Below are positions 18,201-26,034 of a DNA stretch of 44,546 bases, in pieces. The notes under the pieces were generated by a model, which did no database searches, was not told where the DNA came from, and saw only the letters and a program-made list of their open reading frames with translations. This DNA is from Burkholderiales bacterium. GTDB taxonomy: Bacteria; Pseudomonadota; Gammaproteobacteria; Burkholderiales; Burkholderiaceae_C. Positions within the stretch are counted from its first letter, which is position 1, and the number at the start of each line of letters is the position of its first letter. The stretch is taken from the NCBI GenBank assembly GCA_011391855.1, contig JAABPT010000113.1, positions 1 to 44,546 on the forward strand. Direction: 5' to 3'. The position numbers were made by a program, and so were the translations under genes.

Positions 18201-18829
18201 ATGCCGCTCCACACGCCGGAAAAGCGGCTCATGGCGATGGCGTGCAGGCCCATGTCCAGGATGTCCTGCACCCCCGCCGGAAAGAACACCGGCAGCCCGC
18301 AGGCCTTGAAGATGTGGTCGCTCTGGTGCGGCGCGGTGCTGCTCTTGGAAACGTGGTCGTCGCCGGCGATCGCGATCACGCCGCCGTGGCGCGAGGTGCC
18401 GGCCATGTTGGCGTGCTTGAAGACGTCGCTGCAGCGGTCCACCCCCGGGCCCTTGCCGTACCAGATGCCGAACACGCCGTCGTATTTCGCCTCTTTGGGG
18501 TACAGCGCCAACTGCTGCGTGCCCCACACCGCGGTGGCGGCGAGTTCCTCGTTCACGCCGGGCTGGAACACGATGTGCTGCGCCGCCAGATGTTTCTTGG
18601 CCGCCCACAACGCCTGGTCGTAGCCGCCGAGCGGGCTGCCGCGGTAGCCGCTGATGAAGCCGGCGGTATTCAGCCCCGCGCTCAGGTCACGCTGGCGCTG
18701 CAGCATGGGCAGACGCACCAGGGCCTGCACGCCGCTCATGAAAGCGCGGCCCGCGGCCAGCGTGTATTTGTCGTCCAGCGTCACGGATTCGAGCGCCTTG
18801 CGGACGGACTCGGGCAGCGGTGCATTCAT
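15254..18829 (-). CDS. Indolepyruvate:ferredoxin oxidoreductase family protein (fused alpha/beta)
   Basis: SGYRGSPLGG, FCSGCPHN, GDGT TPP motif, CEGCGDC ferredoxin, GVGGTGV, YKDEYEVARL. Start MNAPLP at 18829. Confidence 0.95.
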   Translation of the reverse strand: MNAPLPESVRKALESVTLDDKYTLAAGRAFMSGVQALVRLPMLQRQRDLSAGLNTAGFISGYRGSPLGGYDQALWAAKKHLAAQHIVFQPGVNEELAATAVWGTQQLALYPKEAKYDGVFGIWYGKGPGVDRCSDVFKHANMAGTSRHGGVIAIAGDDHVSKSSTAPHQSDHIFKACGLPVFFPAGVQDILDMGLHAIAMSRFSGVWSGMKTIQEVVESSSSVVVDPERVRIIVPDDFAMPPGGLHIRWPDQPLEQEARLMDYKWYAALAYVRANKLNHNVIATANDRYGIIASGKAYNDTRQALNDLGLDDDTCRRLGVRLHKVNVVWPLEATITRDFASGLQEILVVEEKRQVIEYQLKEELYNWRPDVRPHVLGKFDDEAGNASGGEWSMPNPSENWLLRAKADLTPAIIAKAIAKRLKKLGVDRDIAARMDERIAVIEARERQLAELKTNTGERAPWFCSGCPHNTSTRVPEGSRAMAGIGCHYMAVWMDRSTSTFTQMGGEGVPWVGQAPFTNEKHIFANLGDGTYFHSGLLAIRQSIAAGVNITYKVLYNDAVAMTGGQQVGERPEGHSVTQIMKSLLAEGVSKLVIVTDEPAKYEGVVLGEGVTVHHRDELDALQRQLREVSGTSAIIYDQTCATEKRRRRKRGKMVDPAKRVVINELVCEGCGDCSVQSNCLSVEPVETEFGRKRRINQNTCNKDYSCVKGFCPSFVTVEGGQLKKPKKEKKGSLEGLPPLPEPALPLAHPSQDRAWGIVVGGVGGTGVITIGQLLGMAAHLEGKGVVTQDAGGLAQKGGATWSHIQIANRPDAIHTTKVDTAQADLVIACDSIVGASKYTLTVMQPGRTFVALNTHGTPTAGFVKNADWQFPGGDCEAVIRASVGEALVGAFDAEQVAEAMLGDSIYTNPLMLGYAWQQGRIPLTHAALMRAIELNGVQVDNNKAAFEWGRRCANDLPAVRALFQARQVISFVKKPSLDEMVATRVDFLTGYQDAAYAARYKTFVDKVRAAEAPLGKQALGEAVARYLFKLMAYKDEYEVARLHTDQRFTDKIEAMFEGDYKLVHHLAPPGMAKKNERGELVKQPFGPWMRTAFGVLAKMKSWRGTALDPFGRSEERRMERALIDEYRTTVDELLLKLDTGNLELAAEIARLPEEIRGYGHVKARHLAAVRPKWAALMQRWRGGAVPAKRAA

Positions 18830-18981
18830 GGCGGCGACTCCTGGGAAGCCCGGGCGTGGGCGGAATGGCCCCGGGCAGCGCGGCAGTGTAGGCAAACACA
18901 CGCCATATGTCTTTTCTTTCGATGCCCGCTCAGGCATGCTCGGCGCAAGCTTCTTGCTCGAATCAACCCTGGATCAGAAGA

Positions 18982-19539
18982 ATGGCGCTCAGAAGATCGG
19001 AATTGGGGAAAACCACCGTGGCCGCGGCCACCACCGCCGAAGCCCGCGGCGCGACGCTGGACCGCTACGACGTGGCCATCCTGCACGCGCTGCAGGCCGA
19101 CGCCCGGCTGTCCAACGCCGAACTCGCGGCACGCATCGGCCTGTCGGCGGCGCCCACTTGGCGGCGCGTAAAGTGGCTCGAGGAACAGGGCTACATCACC
19201 GGCTACCGGGCCGAGATCGACCGCCGCAAGATCGGCCTGGGCGTGCTGGCCTTCGTGCGCGTGGACGCCGAGCGCAACAACGCCGAGGCCACGCGCGCGC
19301 TGGAGGACGCTATCCGTGCGCTGCCCGAGGTCGTGGCCTGCCACTACATCAGTGGCGCCGGCACCTTCGAACTGCACGTGGTGGCCACCGACCTGGACGC
19401 CTTTTCGCGCTGGTCGATGAGCACGCTGTTCAAGCTGCCCAACGTGAAGGACTTGCACACCAGTTTCTCGCTGGGCGAAGTCAAGGCCGGCGCCGCGCTG
19501 CCGCTGGGCCACCTGGGACCGCCCGGCCACGGCCACTGA
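18982..19539 (+). CDS. Lrp/AsnC-family regulator divergent from IOR
   Basis: LDRYDVAILHALQADARLSNAELAARIGLS...RRVKWLEEQGYI. Start at 18982 or 19018. Confidence 0.92.
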   Translation: MALRRSELGKTTVAAATTAEARGATLDRYDVAILHALQADARLSNAELAARIGLSAAPTWRRVKWLEEQGYITGYRAEIDRRKIGLGVLAFVRVDAERNNAEATRALEDAIRALPEVVACHYISGAGTFELHVVATDLDAFSRWSMSTLFKLPNVKDLHTSFSLGEVKAGAALPLGHLGPPGHGH

Positions 19540-19576
19540 ACAGCCACTGGACTGCCACTGAGCGGCCGCCGCCGCG

Positions 19577-20707
19577 GTGCTACCCTCGGTGTCCTTGAAG
19601 ACCACCTTGTTGCAGCGTCTGGCCGACGCGCTGCTGAGCACCGAACCCCTGCAGCGGGCGCGGCTGGCACAGGCCGGCCTGGCCATGCTGCTGCTCGCGG
19701 CGGCCGTGGTGGCGATGAACTATTTCGCCTGGATCGGCGTGGCACCCCTGGCTGCCGTGCTGGCCTGGTCGGCGGTCACCCTTGCGGGCATGGTGGTGTT
19801 CTATGCACTCATCCGCGGCGGCTGGGCACGGCGCCGGGCGGACCCGTCGCTGACGATGCCGCAGATGTTGTTCGCACTGACCAGCGGCGCGCTGGCCTAT
19901 GCCCTGCTGGGCGCCGGGCGCGGTGCCGTCTTTCCCGTGGTCATGGTGATCCTGGTGTTCGGCTTGTTCGTGGCCTCACCGCGGCAGATGCGCTGGGTGA
20001 GCGTCTACGCCGTGGCCCTGTTCGGCGCCGTGATGGCCTTCAAGGCGAGCACCGACCCGCAGGCCTATCCGCCCGCCATCGAACTGGGGCATTTCCTGCT
20101 CGTGGCAACCATGATGCCCGGCGTCTCGGTGCTGGCCGGACGCCTTTCGCGGCTGCGCCATCGGGCGCGGATGCAGCGCGCCGAGCTGGCGCAGGCGCTG
20201 GCGCGGCTGCGCGAGCAGACCACGCGCGACGAACTCACCGGCCTGCCCAACCACCGCCACATGCAAGCGCTGGTGGCGCAGGAACACCAGCGCTGCACGC
20301 GTTCGGGCCAGAGTTTCTGCCTGTCGCTGCTGGACATCGACCGCCTCAAGTCGGTGAACGAAGCGCATGGATACGGCTGCGGCGACGCCGTGCTACGCGC
20401 CCTCTCGCAGGAGGCGCTGCGCCAGGTGCGCGTCTCCGACGTGCTCTCGCGCTGGGGCGGCGGCGTCTTCCTGCTGCTCATGTCCGACACCCATGCGGCG
20501 CTGGCGCGCGGCGGGCTGGAGCGCGTGCACGAGCGCTTGTCGGCACTGCGCGTCGCGCACGGCAGCGCCACCGTGGCGGTCACGCTGTCGGCGGGCGTGA
20601 GCGAACACCACGCCGGCGAGTCGGTGGCGCAGACGCTGGAACGCGCCGAGCGCGCGCTGCAAGAAGCCAAGGCGCAGGGCGGCGCCCGCGTCGTGGCTGC
20701 ATCCTGA
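19577..20707 (+). CDS. Membrane-bound GGDEF-domain protein with degenerate active site
   Basis: About six TM segments; DELTGLPN; RVSD I-site; GGGVF in place of GG(D/E)EF. Start may be GTG 19589 or TTG 19595. Confidence 0.88.
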   Translation: MLPSVSLKTTLLQRLADALLSTEPLQRARLAQAGLAMLLLAAAVVAMNYFAWIGVAPLAAVLAWSAVTLAGMVVFYALIRGGWARRRADPSLTMPQMLFALTSGALAYALLGAGRGAVFPVVMVILVFGLFVASPRQMRWVSVYAVALFGAVMAFKASTDPQAYPPAIELGHFLLVATMMPGVSVLAGRLSRLRHRARMQRAELAQALARLREQTTRDELTGLPNHRHMQALVAQEHQRCTRSGQSFCLSLLDIDRLKSVNEAHGYGCGDAVLRALSQEALRQVRVSDVLSRWGGGVFLLLMSDTHAALARGGLERVHERLSALRVAHGSATVAVTLSAGVSEHHAGESVAQTLERAERALQEAKAQGGARVVAAS

Positions 20708-20743
20708 GTGCCGGCACCAGCCCGTGGCGAAAGGAGACCGGCG

Positions 20744-20860
20744 ATGTGGCTGCTGATCCTGGAGGCGCTGGCGGCGCTGGGGCTGCTGGTCTTCATCGTC
20801 TGGTGGACGATGTTCTCCGGCCGCCGCAAGGACGGCGAGCCGCCGGACGACCCGCGCTGA
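20744..20860 (+). CDS. Small single-TM protein (38 aa), absent from the ORF track
   Basis: AAGGAG RBS, then MWLLILEALAALGLLVFIVWWTMFSGRRKDGEPPDDPR*. Confidence 0.7.
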   Translation: MWLLILEALAALGLLVFIVWWTMFSGRRKDGEPPDDPR

Positions 20861-20882
20861 ATCGCGCGATCGGTTCAGCAGT

Positions 20883-22871
20883 TCAGTCGCGCGGCGGCCA
20901 CACGAAAGACAGCGGGCGAGTGATCAGCCGGCGCCGCAGCGCCGCGGCGATGCGACCGCGATCCTTCACGCGCACGCCGCGCGAGCTGAGTGCCACCTTG
21001 AAGGCCAGCCAGAAGCTCACCGTCACGTTCAGCACACCGGTGGCCGCGATGCCGGCCACACACCACCAGAAGACGGACTCGGCCAGCAGCGACCAACCCA
21101 GGGCCCCGAGCGCCGCGCCGAGCTGCCCGCTGGACAGCGTGACATGCCGCACCTCCAGCGGCGGGCCCAGGAAGTCCACCAGCGCCGGTGCCAGGCCCAG
21201 CATCATGCCCAGCGAAACATTGGCCGCCAGTCCCGAGACATTGGCGCGCGACCAGCTCGACCAGCGCCGCGCCCGCGCCGCCCCCAGCGTGGCGACGATG
21301 CGCGGGTTCCAGGCAATGGCGCTGTCCAGCCGGTGCAGCACGAACCAGTTCTCGGCCCAGCCTGCAATCAGCGAACTGGCGAACAGCAGCACCCCGGTGA
21401 AGGCGGCAAACAGCACCGTGGGGCCCAGCAGCGTGAGGCTGTGCAAGACGTAGTGGGCGTCTTCGGCGCCGACCAGCGGCGCGCCGAAGGCGGCGCGGGC
21501 CAGCCACTGCGCCGCCAGCACCAGCGGTGCACACAGCGCCACGTTGCCCACGATGCCGGCGGCCTGCGACCGAATCAGCTGCGCCACGCGGTCGACGAAG
21601 GTCTCGATCTGTTCCTCGCTGGCGCTGCCGCCGGCCGCCGGCAGCGAAGCCGCCAACGCCGGCGCCGTCATCGCCGGCTGCTTGGTGGCCACCGTCCAGT
21701 GCAGCAGCATGACGACGACGAAGCTCGCGGCATAGTTCGCCCCCGCCCAGAAGCCGCCCCAGAAGGCCGAAAGGCCAATGGCCGCGATGGCGAACTTGAC
21801 GAAAGTGGTGCCGGCGAGGACCGCGCCCCCACCGGCGGCACGGCGCAGCATGTCGCGGTATTCGCCGCGCGTTCGCGTGATGTAGTGCTCGCCGGTTTCG
21901 GCGCTGCGCTCGGTGACCTGGCGCGCCAGCAGCGAGTAGTGCTGCGCGAGCAGGCGGCGCACGCCGCGCACTTCGGCGATCTGGCGTGCGAGGGCGGCGA
22001 ACAGGCGCTGCACCTGTGTCGCCGGGTCGGGCGCCAGCACGCATTCCAGCAGTTGTTCGATGCGCCTGGCGCGGCCTTTGATCTGGTCCAGGTCGTACAC
22101 GATATCCACCGAGACGCCGAACTGTTCCAGGTGCTCCGTGATGCTGCCGGCCGCGCGCCGGCAGGCGTCGAGCAAGGCGCGCAGGTAGGCGGCCTCCTGC
22201 AGCGCCGCGGCCTCGCGCCCGTCCAGCACCGCGGCGCGCAGCGCGCCGGCTGCCACCGTGAGCTGGCGGAAGGGCTCGTCCTGCACCGTGGCGGCGTCCA
22301 TGCGCTGGCGCAGCGCCGGCGAATAACCCGAGGCGTGCACGGCACTGACCAGGATCGTGATGGCGTCCAGCAGCGTGCGGCGCCAGTCCTCCGCGGCCGG
22401 GGCCAGCACCGCCGCGGCGCGATGCAGCGTGGGCGCATCGATGACCTCGATCCAGTCCGCGTCCGCGGGTTCGAACATCAGCCGGAACAACGCGGCCAGG
22501 TCCCGCGTGTCGGGCGTGGCCGGCAGCACGCGCGCCTGTACCCGGGTCAACAGTTCGCCGGCCAGCGACATGCGCGAACCGAAGCCGAAGTCGGCGTACA
22601 GCGCTGCCGCGTCGATGTCGCGCCTGAACGAATGCATCATGCCCTGCACCGCCGTGCGCGCGACTTCGTTCTTGTCCAGCTGGTTCAGCAGGTGGCGCAG
22701 CCGCAGCACCGGCAGCGGCGTGCGGGCTTCCTCGGTGACGGTGGCGACGGCATTGCGCGGCGCATGGCGCAGCCACTCCATGAGCCGTATCAGCCACAGG
22801 TTGCGGTCGGCCTGACCGGCCTTGGCGTTGGCCGCGTTGACGAGCGCGGTCAGGTCCCAGGCAGAAGACAT
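20883..22871 (-). CDS. Gcr/'site-specific recombinase' family (PF10136-like) polytopic membrane protein
   Basis: AETGEHYIT, NYAASF, TVATKQPAMTA, LEVRHVTLS; hydrophobic C-terminal half. Confidence 0.85.
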   Translation of the reverse strand: MSSAWDLTALVNAANAKAGQADRNLWLIRLMEWLRHAPRNAVATVTEEARTPLPVLRLRHLLNQLDKNEVARTAVQGMMHSFRRDIDAAALYADFGFGSRMSLAGELLTRVQARVLPATPDTRDLAALFRLMFEPADADWIEVIDAPTLHRAAAVLAPAAEDWRRTLLDAITILVSAVHASGYSPALRQRMDAATVQDEPFRQLTVAAGALRAAVLDGREAAALQEAAYLRALLDACRRAAGSITEHLEQFGVSVDIVYDLDQIKGRARRIEQLLECVLAPDPATQVQRLFAALARQIAEVRGVRRLLAQHYSLLARQVTERSAETGEHYITRTRGEYRDMLRRAAGGGAVLAGTTFVKFAIAAIGLSAFWGGFWAGANYAASFVVVMLLHWTVATKQPAMTAPALAASLPAAGGSASEEQIETFVDRVAQLIRSQAAGIVGNVALCAPLVLAAQWLARAAFGAPLVGAEDAHYVLHSLTLLGPTVLFAAFTGVLLFASSLIAGWAENWFVLHRLDSAIAWNPRIVATLGAARARRWSSWSRANVSGLAANVSLGMMLGLAPALVDFLGPPLEVRHVTLSSGQLGAALGALGWSLLAESVFWWCVAGIAATGVLNVTVSFWLAFKVALSSRGVRVKDRGRIAAALRRRLITRPLSFVWPPRD

Positions 22872-22875
22872 GAAG

Positions 22876-23250
22876 CTAGTGCAACAAGCCGGGGAAGACG
22901 AGTTCGAATTCGGGCACCGCGGCGTCGAAAGGCTGCGCTTCCTCGGTGATGCAGAAAAAGGTGCCGCGCATCTGCCCGTGCGGCGTGCCGATGCGCGTCC
23001 AGCTGGTGTATTCGAACTGCTCGCCGGGCTTGAGCAACGGCTGCTGGCCTACCACGGCCAGGCCACGCACCTCTTCGCCATTGCCTTCGGCGTCGGTGAT
23101 GATCCAGTGCCGTGCCACCAGCTGCGCCGTGATGTCGCCGGTATTGCGGATCGTCACCGTGTAGGCGAAGGCATAGGGCCCGTCGGGCGGGTTGGACTGC
23201 TCGGGCAGGTACTGCACGCGCACGTCGCAGGTGAATTGGGGGCGGGCCAT
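22876..23250 (-). CDS. apaG: ApaG protein
   Basis: YAFAYTVTIRNTG, RHWIITD, EVRGLAVVGQQP, FEYTS. Confidence 0.95.
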   Translation of the reverse strand: MARPQFTCDVRVQYLPEQSNPPDGPYAFAYTVTIRNTGDITAQLVARHWIITDAEGNGEEVRGLAVVGQQPLLKPGEQFEYTSWTRIGTPHGQMRGTFFCITEEAQPFDAAVPEFELVFPGLLH

Positions 23251-23307
23251 TCGGGTGATTCTAGGCAGCGAATCCGCCCACGCGCCCCGAGGCGTATGGC
23301 CGCCCCG

Positions 23308-24693
23308 CTACGCCAGCAACCGCGCCTTCACCCGCTTGCCCTTCACCGGGCGGTCGTTCAGCGCCGCCAGCGCCTTGTGCGCCGCTGCACGCGCCACCGC
23401 CACGTAGGTGGAGAACTCGTTGACATTGATCTTGCCCACCTGGTCGGCCGGCAGCCCGGCATCCTTGGTCAGCGCGCCCAGCACGTCGCCGGCGCGGATC
23501 TTTTCCTTGCGCCCGCCCAGGATCTGCAACGTCACCATCGGCGGCAACAGCGGCGCACCGCCGGCCGGCACGAGTTCGCTCAAGGGATGCCACTCGCTTT
23601 CGCGGCCCTGCATGGCGTCGATGCGGCCGACGCGGCCCATCTCGTCGACGCTGGCCAGGCTGAAGGCCCAGCCGGCTTCCTCGCCGCGGCCGGTGCGGCC
23701 GATGCGGTGCGTGTGCACTTCCATGTCGGGCGTGATGTCGACATTGATCACCGCTTCGAGTTGCGCGATGTCCAGGCCGCGCGCCGCCACGTCGGTGGCC
23801 ACCAGCACCGAGCAGCTGCGGTTGGCAAAGCGCACCAGCACCTGGTCGCGGTCGCGCTGCTCCAGGTCGCCGTGCAGCGCCAACGCGCTGAGACCCTGCG
23901 CCTGCAGCACGTCCACCAGGTCGCGGCATTGCTGCTTGGTATTGCAGAAGGCCAGCGTGCTGACGGGGCGGAAATGGTCCAGCAGCAGGCCCACGGCGTG
24001 CAGGCGTTCTTCTTCCTTGACCTCGTAGAAACGCTGGCGGATCTGGCCGGCGCCAGGGCGCTGCGCCAGCGTGACCTCTTTCGGTTCGCGCAGGAATTTC
24101 TTCGCCAGGTTCTGGATGCCTTCGGGGTAGGTGGCCGAAAAGAGCAGCGTCTGGCGCGACTTCGGTGCCCGGCTGGCGATGGCGGCAATGTCGTCCATGA
24201 AGCCCATGTCGAGCATGCGGTCGGCTTCGTCGAGCACCAGCGTGCGCAGCGCGCCGAGTTGCAGGCCGCCGCGCTCCAGGTGGTCGATGATGCGGCCGGG
24301 CGTGCCCACCACCACATGCGCGCCATGCGCCAGGCTGTCGGCCTGCGGCTTGATCGGGGTGCCGCCGGTGAGCGTGAGCACCTTCACGTTGTCCTCGGCG
24401 CGCGCCAGGCGGCGGATCTCCTGCGTCACCTGCTCGGCCAGTTCGCGCGTGGGGCACAGCACCAGGGCCTGCACGTCGAAGCGTCGCGCCTCCAGCTTTT
24501 GCAGCAACGCCAGCGCAAAGGCCGCCGTCTTGCCGCTGCCGGTCTTGGCCTGCGCAATGAGGTCGTGCCCGGCCAGCGCCAGCGGCAGCGCCGCGGCCTG
24601 GATCGGCGTCATGCGCGCATAACCCAGCTGCTGCAGGTTGGCCAGCACGGCGGGGGCCAGCGGCAGGGTGTCGAAGCTGTCGGGCTGGGACAT
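23308..24693 (-). CDS. dbpA: ATP-dependent RNA helicase DbpA
   Basis: AKTGSGKT, PTRELA, DEAD, SAT, HRIGRTGR; C-terminal GGRKEKIRAGDVLGALT DbpA domain. Confidence 0.95.
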   Translation of the reverse strand: MSQPDSFDTLPLAPAVLANLQQLGYARMTPIQAAALPLALAGHDLIAQAKTGSGKTAAFALALLQKLEARRFDVQALVLCPTRELAEQVTQEIRRLARAEDNVKVLTLTGGTPIKPQADSLAHGAHVVVGTPGRIIDHLERGGLQLGALRTLVLDEADRMLDMGFMDDIAAIASRAPKSRQTLLFSATYPEGIQNLAKKFLREPKEVTLAQRPGAGQIRQRFYEVKEEERLHAVGLLLDHFRPVSTLAFCNTKQQCRDLVDVLQAQGLSALALHGDLEQRDRDQVLVRFANRSCSVLVATDVAARGLDIAQLEAVINVDITPDMEVHTHRIGRTGRGEEAGWAFSLASVDEMGRVGRIDAMQGRESEWHPLSELVPAGGAPLLPPMVTLQILGGRKEKIRAGDVLGALTKDAGLPADQVGKINVNEFSTYVAVARAAAHKALAALNDRPVKGKRVKARLLA

Positions 24694-24716
24694 GGGGTCA
24701 GGGGGTCAAGGGTTCA
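24694..24716. repeat. 8-bp-period triplicated stop-codon unit (minus strand TGAACCCT TGACCCCC TGACCCC)
   Basis: TCA on the plus strand at 24698, 24706 and 24714. Confidence 0.6.
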
Positions 24717-25154
24717 AGGCGAGGTGCGGTCGATGCGCCGCGCCAGCAGCACCGAAGTAGTGGTCTTGCGCACGCCTTCGATGGCACCGATCTCGTCGAG
24801 CAGCGCGTCCAGCCGCGCGGTACTTTCGGCGCGCAGCAGCGCCATGTAGTCGAATTCGCCGCTCACGCTGCAGAGCTGGCGCAGTTCGGGAAAAGTGGCC
24901 AGGCGCTGCGTCACGTCGCGCGCCGACTTCGGCTCGGTGCTGATGCCCACGAAAGCCTCCACGCCGCGGTCGGCTTCTTCCTGCCCCAGCCGCACCGTGT
25001 AGCCCACGATCACGCCGCTGCGTTCCAGTCGCGCCAGCCGGGCCAGCACGGTGGTGCGCGCCACGCCGAGCTGGCGCGCCAGCGCGGCCGTGCTGGCGCG
25101 GGCGTTGGCCTGCAGCAGGGCGAGCAGGCGGCGGTCGAGGGGGTCCAGGGTCAT
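24714..25154 (-). CDS. Lrp/AsnC-family regulator
   Basis: LDPLDRRLLALLQANARAST...GVARTTVLARLARLERSGVI; SVSGEFDY. Confidence 0.93.
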   Translation of the reverse strand: MTLDPLDRRLLALLQANARASTAALARQLGVARTTVLARLARLERSGVIVGYTVRLGQEEADRGVEAFVGISTEPKSARDVTQRLATFPELRQLCSVSGEFDYMALLRAESTARLDALLDEIGAIEGVRKTTTSVLLARRIDRTSP

Positions 25155-25359
25155 GCGGGCGGGTCGTATTCAGCCACCTATTGTCGTGGCAGCCGTACGG
25201 GTAGCCCGCTGGGGGCGGGCGGCGGCGCTGGGCATCGCGGCCGCCGGCCGATGCGGCTAAAGTCCCTGTCGACAGCCGCTGCGCCGCGGCTGCCGCACGA
25301 GGTACAACAAACAAGGCAAGGCACGGGGAGTCCATGAATCGAGCTCGGCTCGCACGGAC

Positions 25360-25896
25360 ATGAAATTCAGACACGTCGTTCTTTTCAGTGGCGAAACCTT
25401 CAAGGTGCCGCAAGGCATCCAGCGCATCGACCACCGCGCCACGCACGGCTGGCAACTGCGCTACGGCGGCACCAAGATGTTCTCCGACCACAGCAGCGAC
25501 GGCAGCGGGGCGGCCGTCGCACTGGACAAAGCCACCAAGGAATTGCTCAGGCGCATCGCCACGCTTCAGGCGCCCACCACGCTGCAACACGGGCCCAGCC
25601 AGAACAAGACCAGCGACCTGCCGCCGGGCATCTCGGGCCCCATCGTGCGCCAGCGCCGCGGCGCCAAGGTCAAGGACGCCAGCCTGTCGGTGCTGATCCC
25701 GCGCTTTGGCGACAAGCCGCGCCGGCGCACCGTGTACATCGGCACCGAGAACACCTACACGCTGCAGAAGTACGAAGCCGCGCTGGTGCGGGCCATGCAG
25801 ATGCGCCAGGAGGCCGAGGCCGCCTACCGGCGCGACATCACGCGCGCCAAGCGCGCCGAAGGCCGCAGGCTCAAGGCCGAGCGCAAGGTCGGTTGA
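25360..25896 (+). CDS. Basic hypothetical protein with two AP2-like DNA-binding repeats
   Basis: PQGIQRID..HGWQLRY..KMFSD..ALDKA and PPGIS..RTVYIG..ALVRAMQMRQEAE. The AP2 fold is inferred. Confidence 0.65.
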   Translation: MKFRHVVLFSGETFKVPQGIQRIDHRATHGWQLRYGGTKMFSDHSSDGSGAAVALDKATKELLRRIATLQAPTTLQHGPSQNKTSDLPPGISGPIVRQRRGAKVKDASLSVLIPRFGDKPRRRTVYIGTENTYTLQKYEAALVRAMQMRQEAEAAYRRDITRAKRAEGRRLKAERKVG

Positions 25897-25899
25897 CGC

Positions 25900-25925
25900 C
25901 GGGCGACGCCGTTTCGCCCGTTTGA
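25900..25925 (+). terminator. Possible weak intrinsic terminator
   Basis: CGGGCGA-7nt-TCGCCCG followed by TTTGA, just after the stop at 25896. Confidence 0.4.
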
Positions 25926-25926
25926 G

Positions 25927-25982
25927 TCGACGAAACGTCGATCGGCTTGATTGTTTCGACGAAAGCGTGCTTTCTTTCGTCG
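25927..25982. promoter_or_regulatory. Candidate Lrp/FFRP operator array
   Basis: TCGACG-AAA-CGTCGA (25927-25941); TCGACGAAA again at 25956; inverted repeat CGACGAAAG/CTTTCGTCG (25957-25982). Confidence 0.6.
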
Positions 25983-26034
25983 TGGCCCGTCCCTAGACTT
26001 CCCGTCAGTTCAACACCTGTCGGGAGACACTTCC

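Noticed and set aside
15672-18608. 978-aa ORF in an alternative frame of IOR, and similar long ORFs (10217-12376, 10318-12438 part, 27471-29717, 34498-36831, 37880-39871, 39607-41610)
   Set aside because: Arg/Ala/Gly/Pro-rich shadow frames overlapping well-supported genes; expected at high GC and without motifs.
20883-22871. 'Site-specific recombinase' as a sign of a mobile element
   Set aside because: It is a membrane protein family with no visible catalytic recombinase motifs, att sites, tRNA or cargo boundaries.
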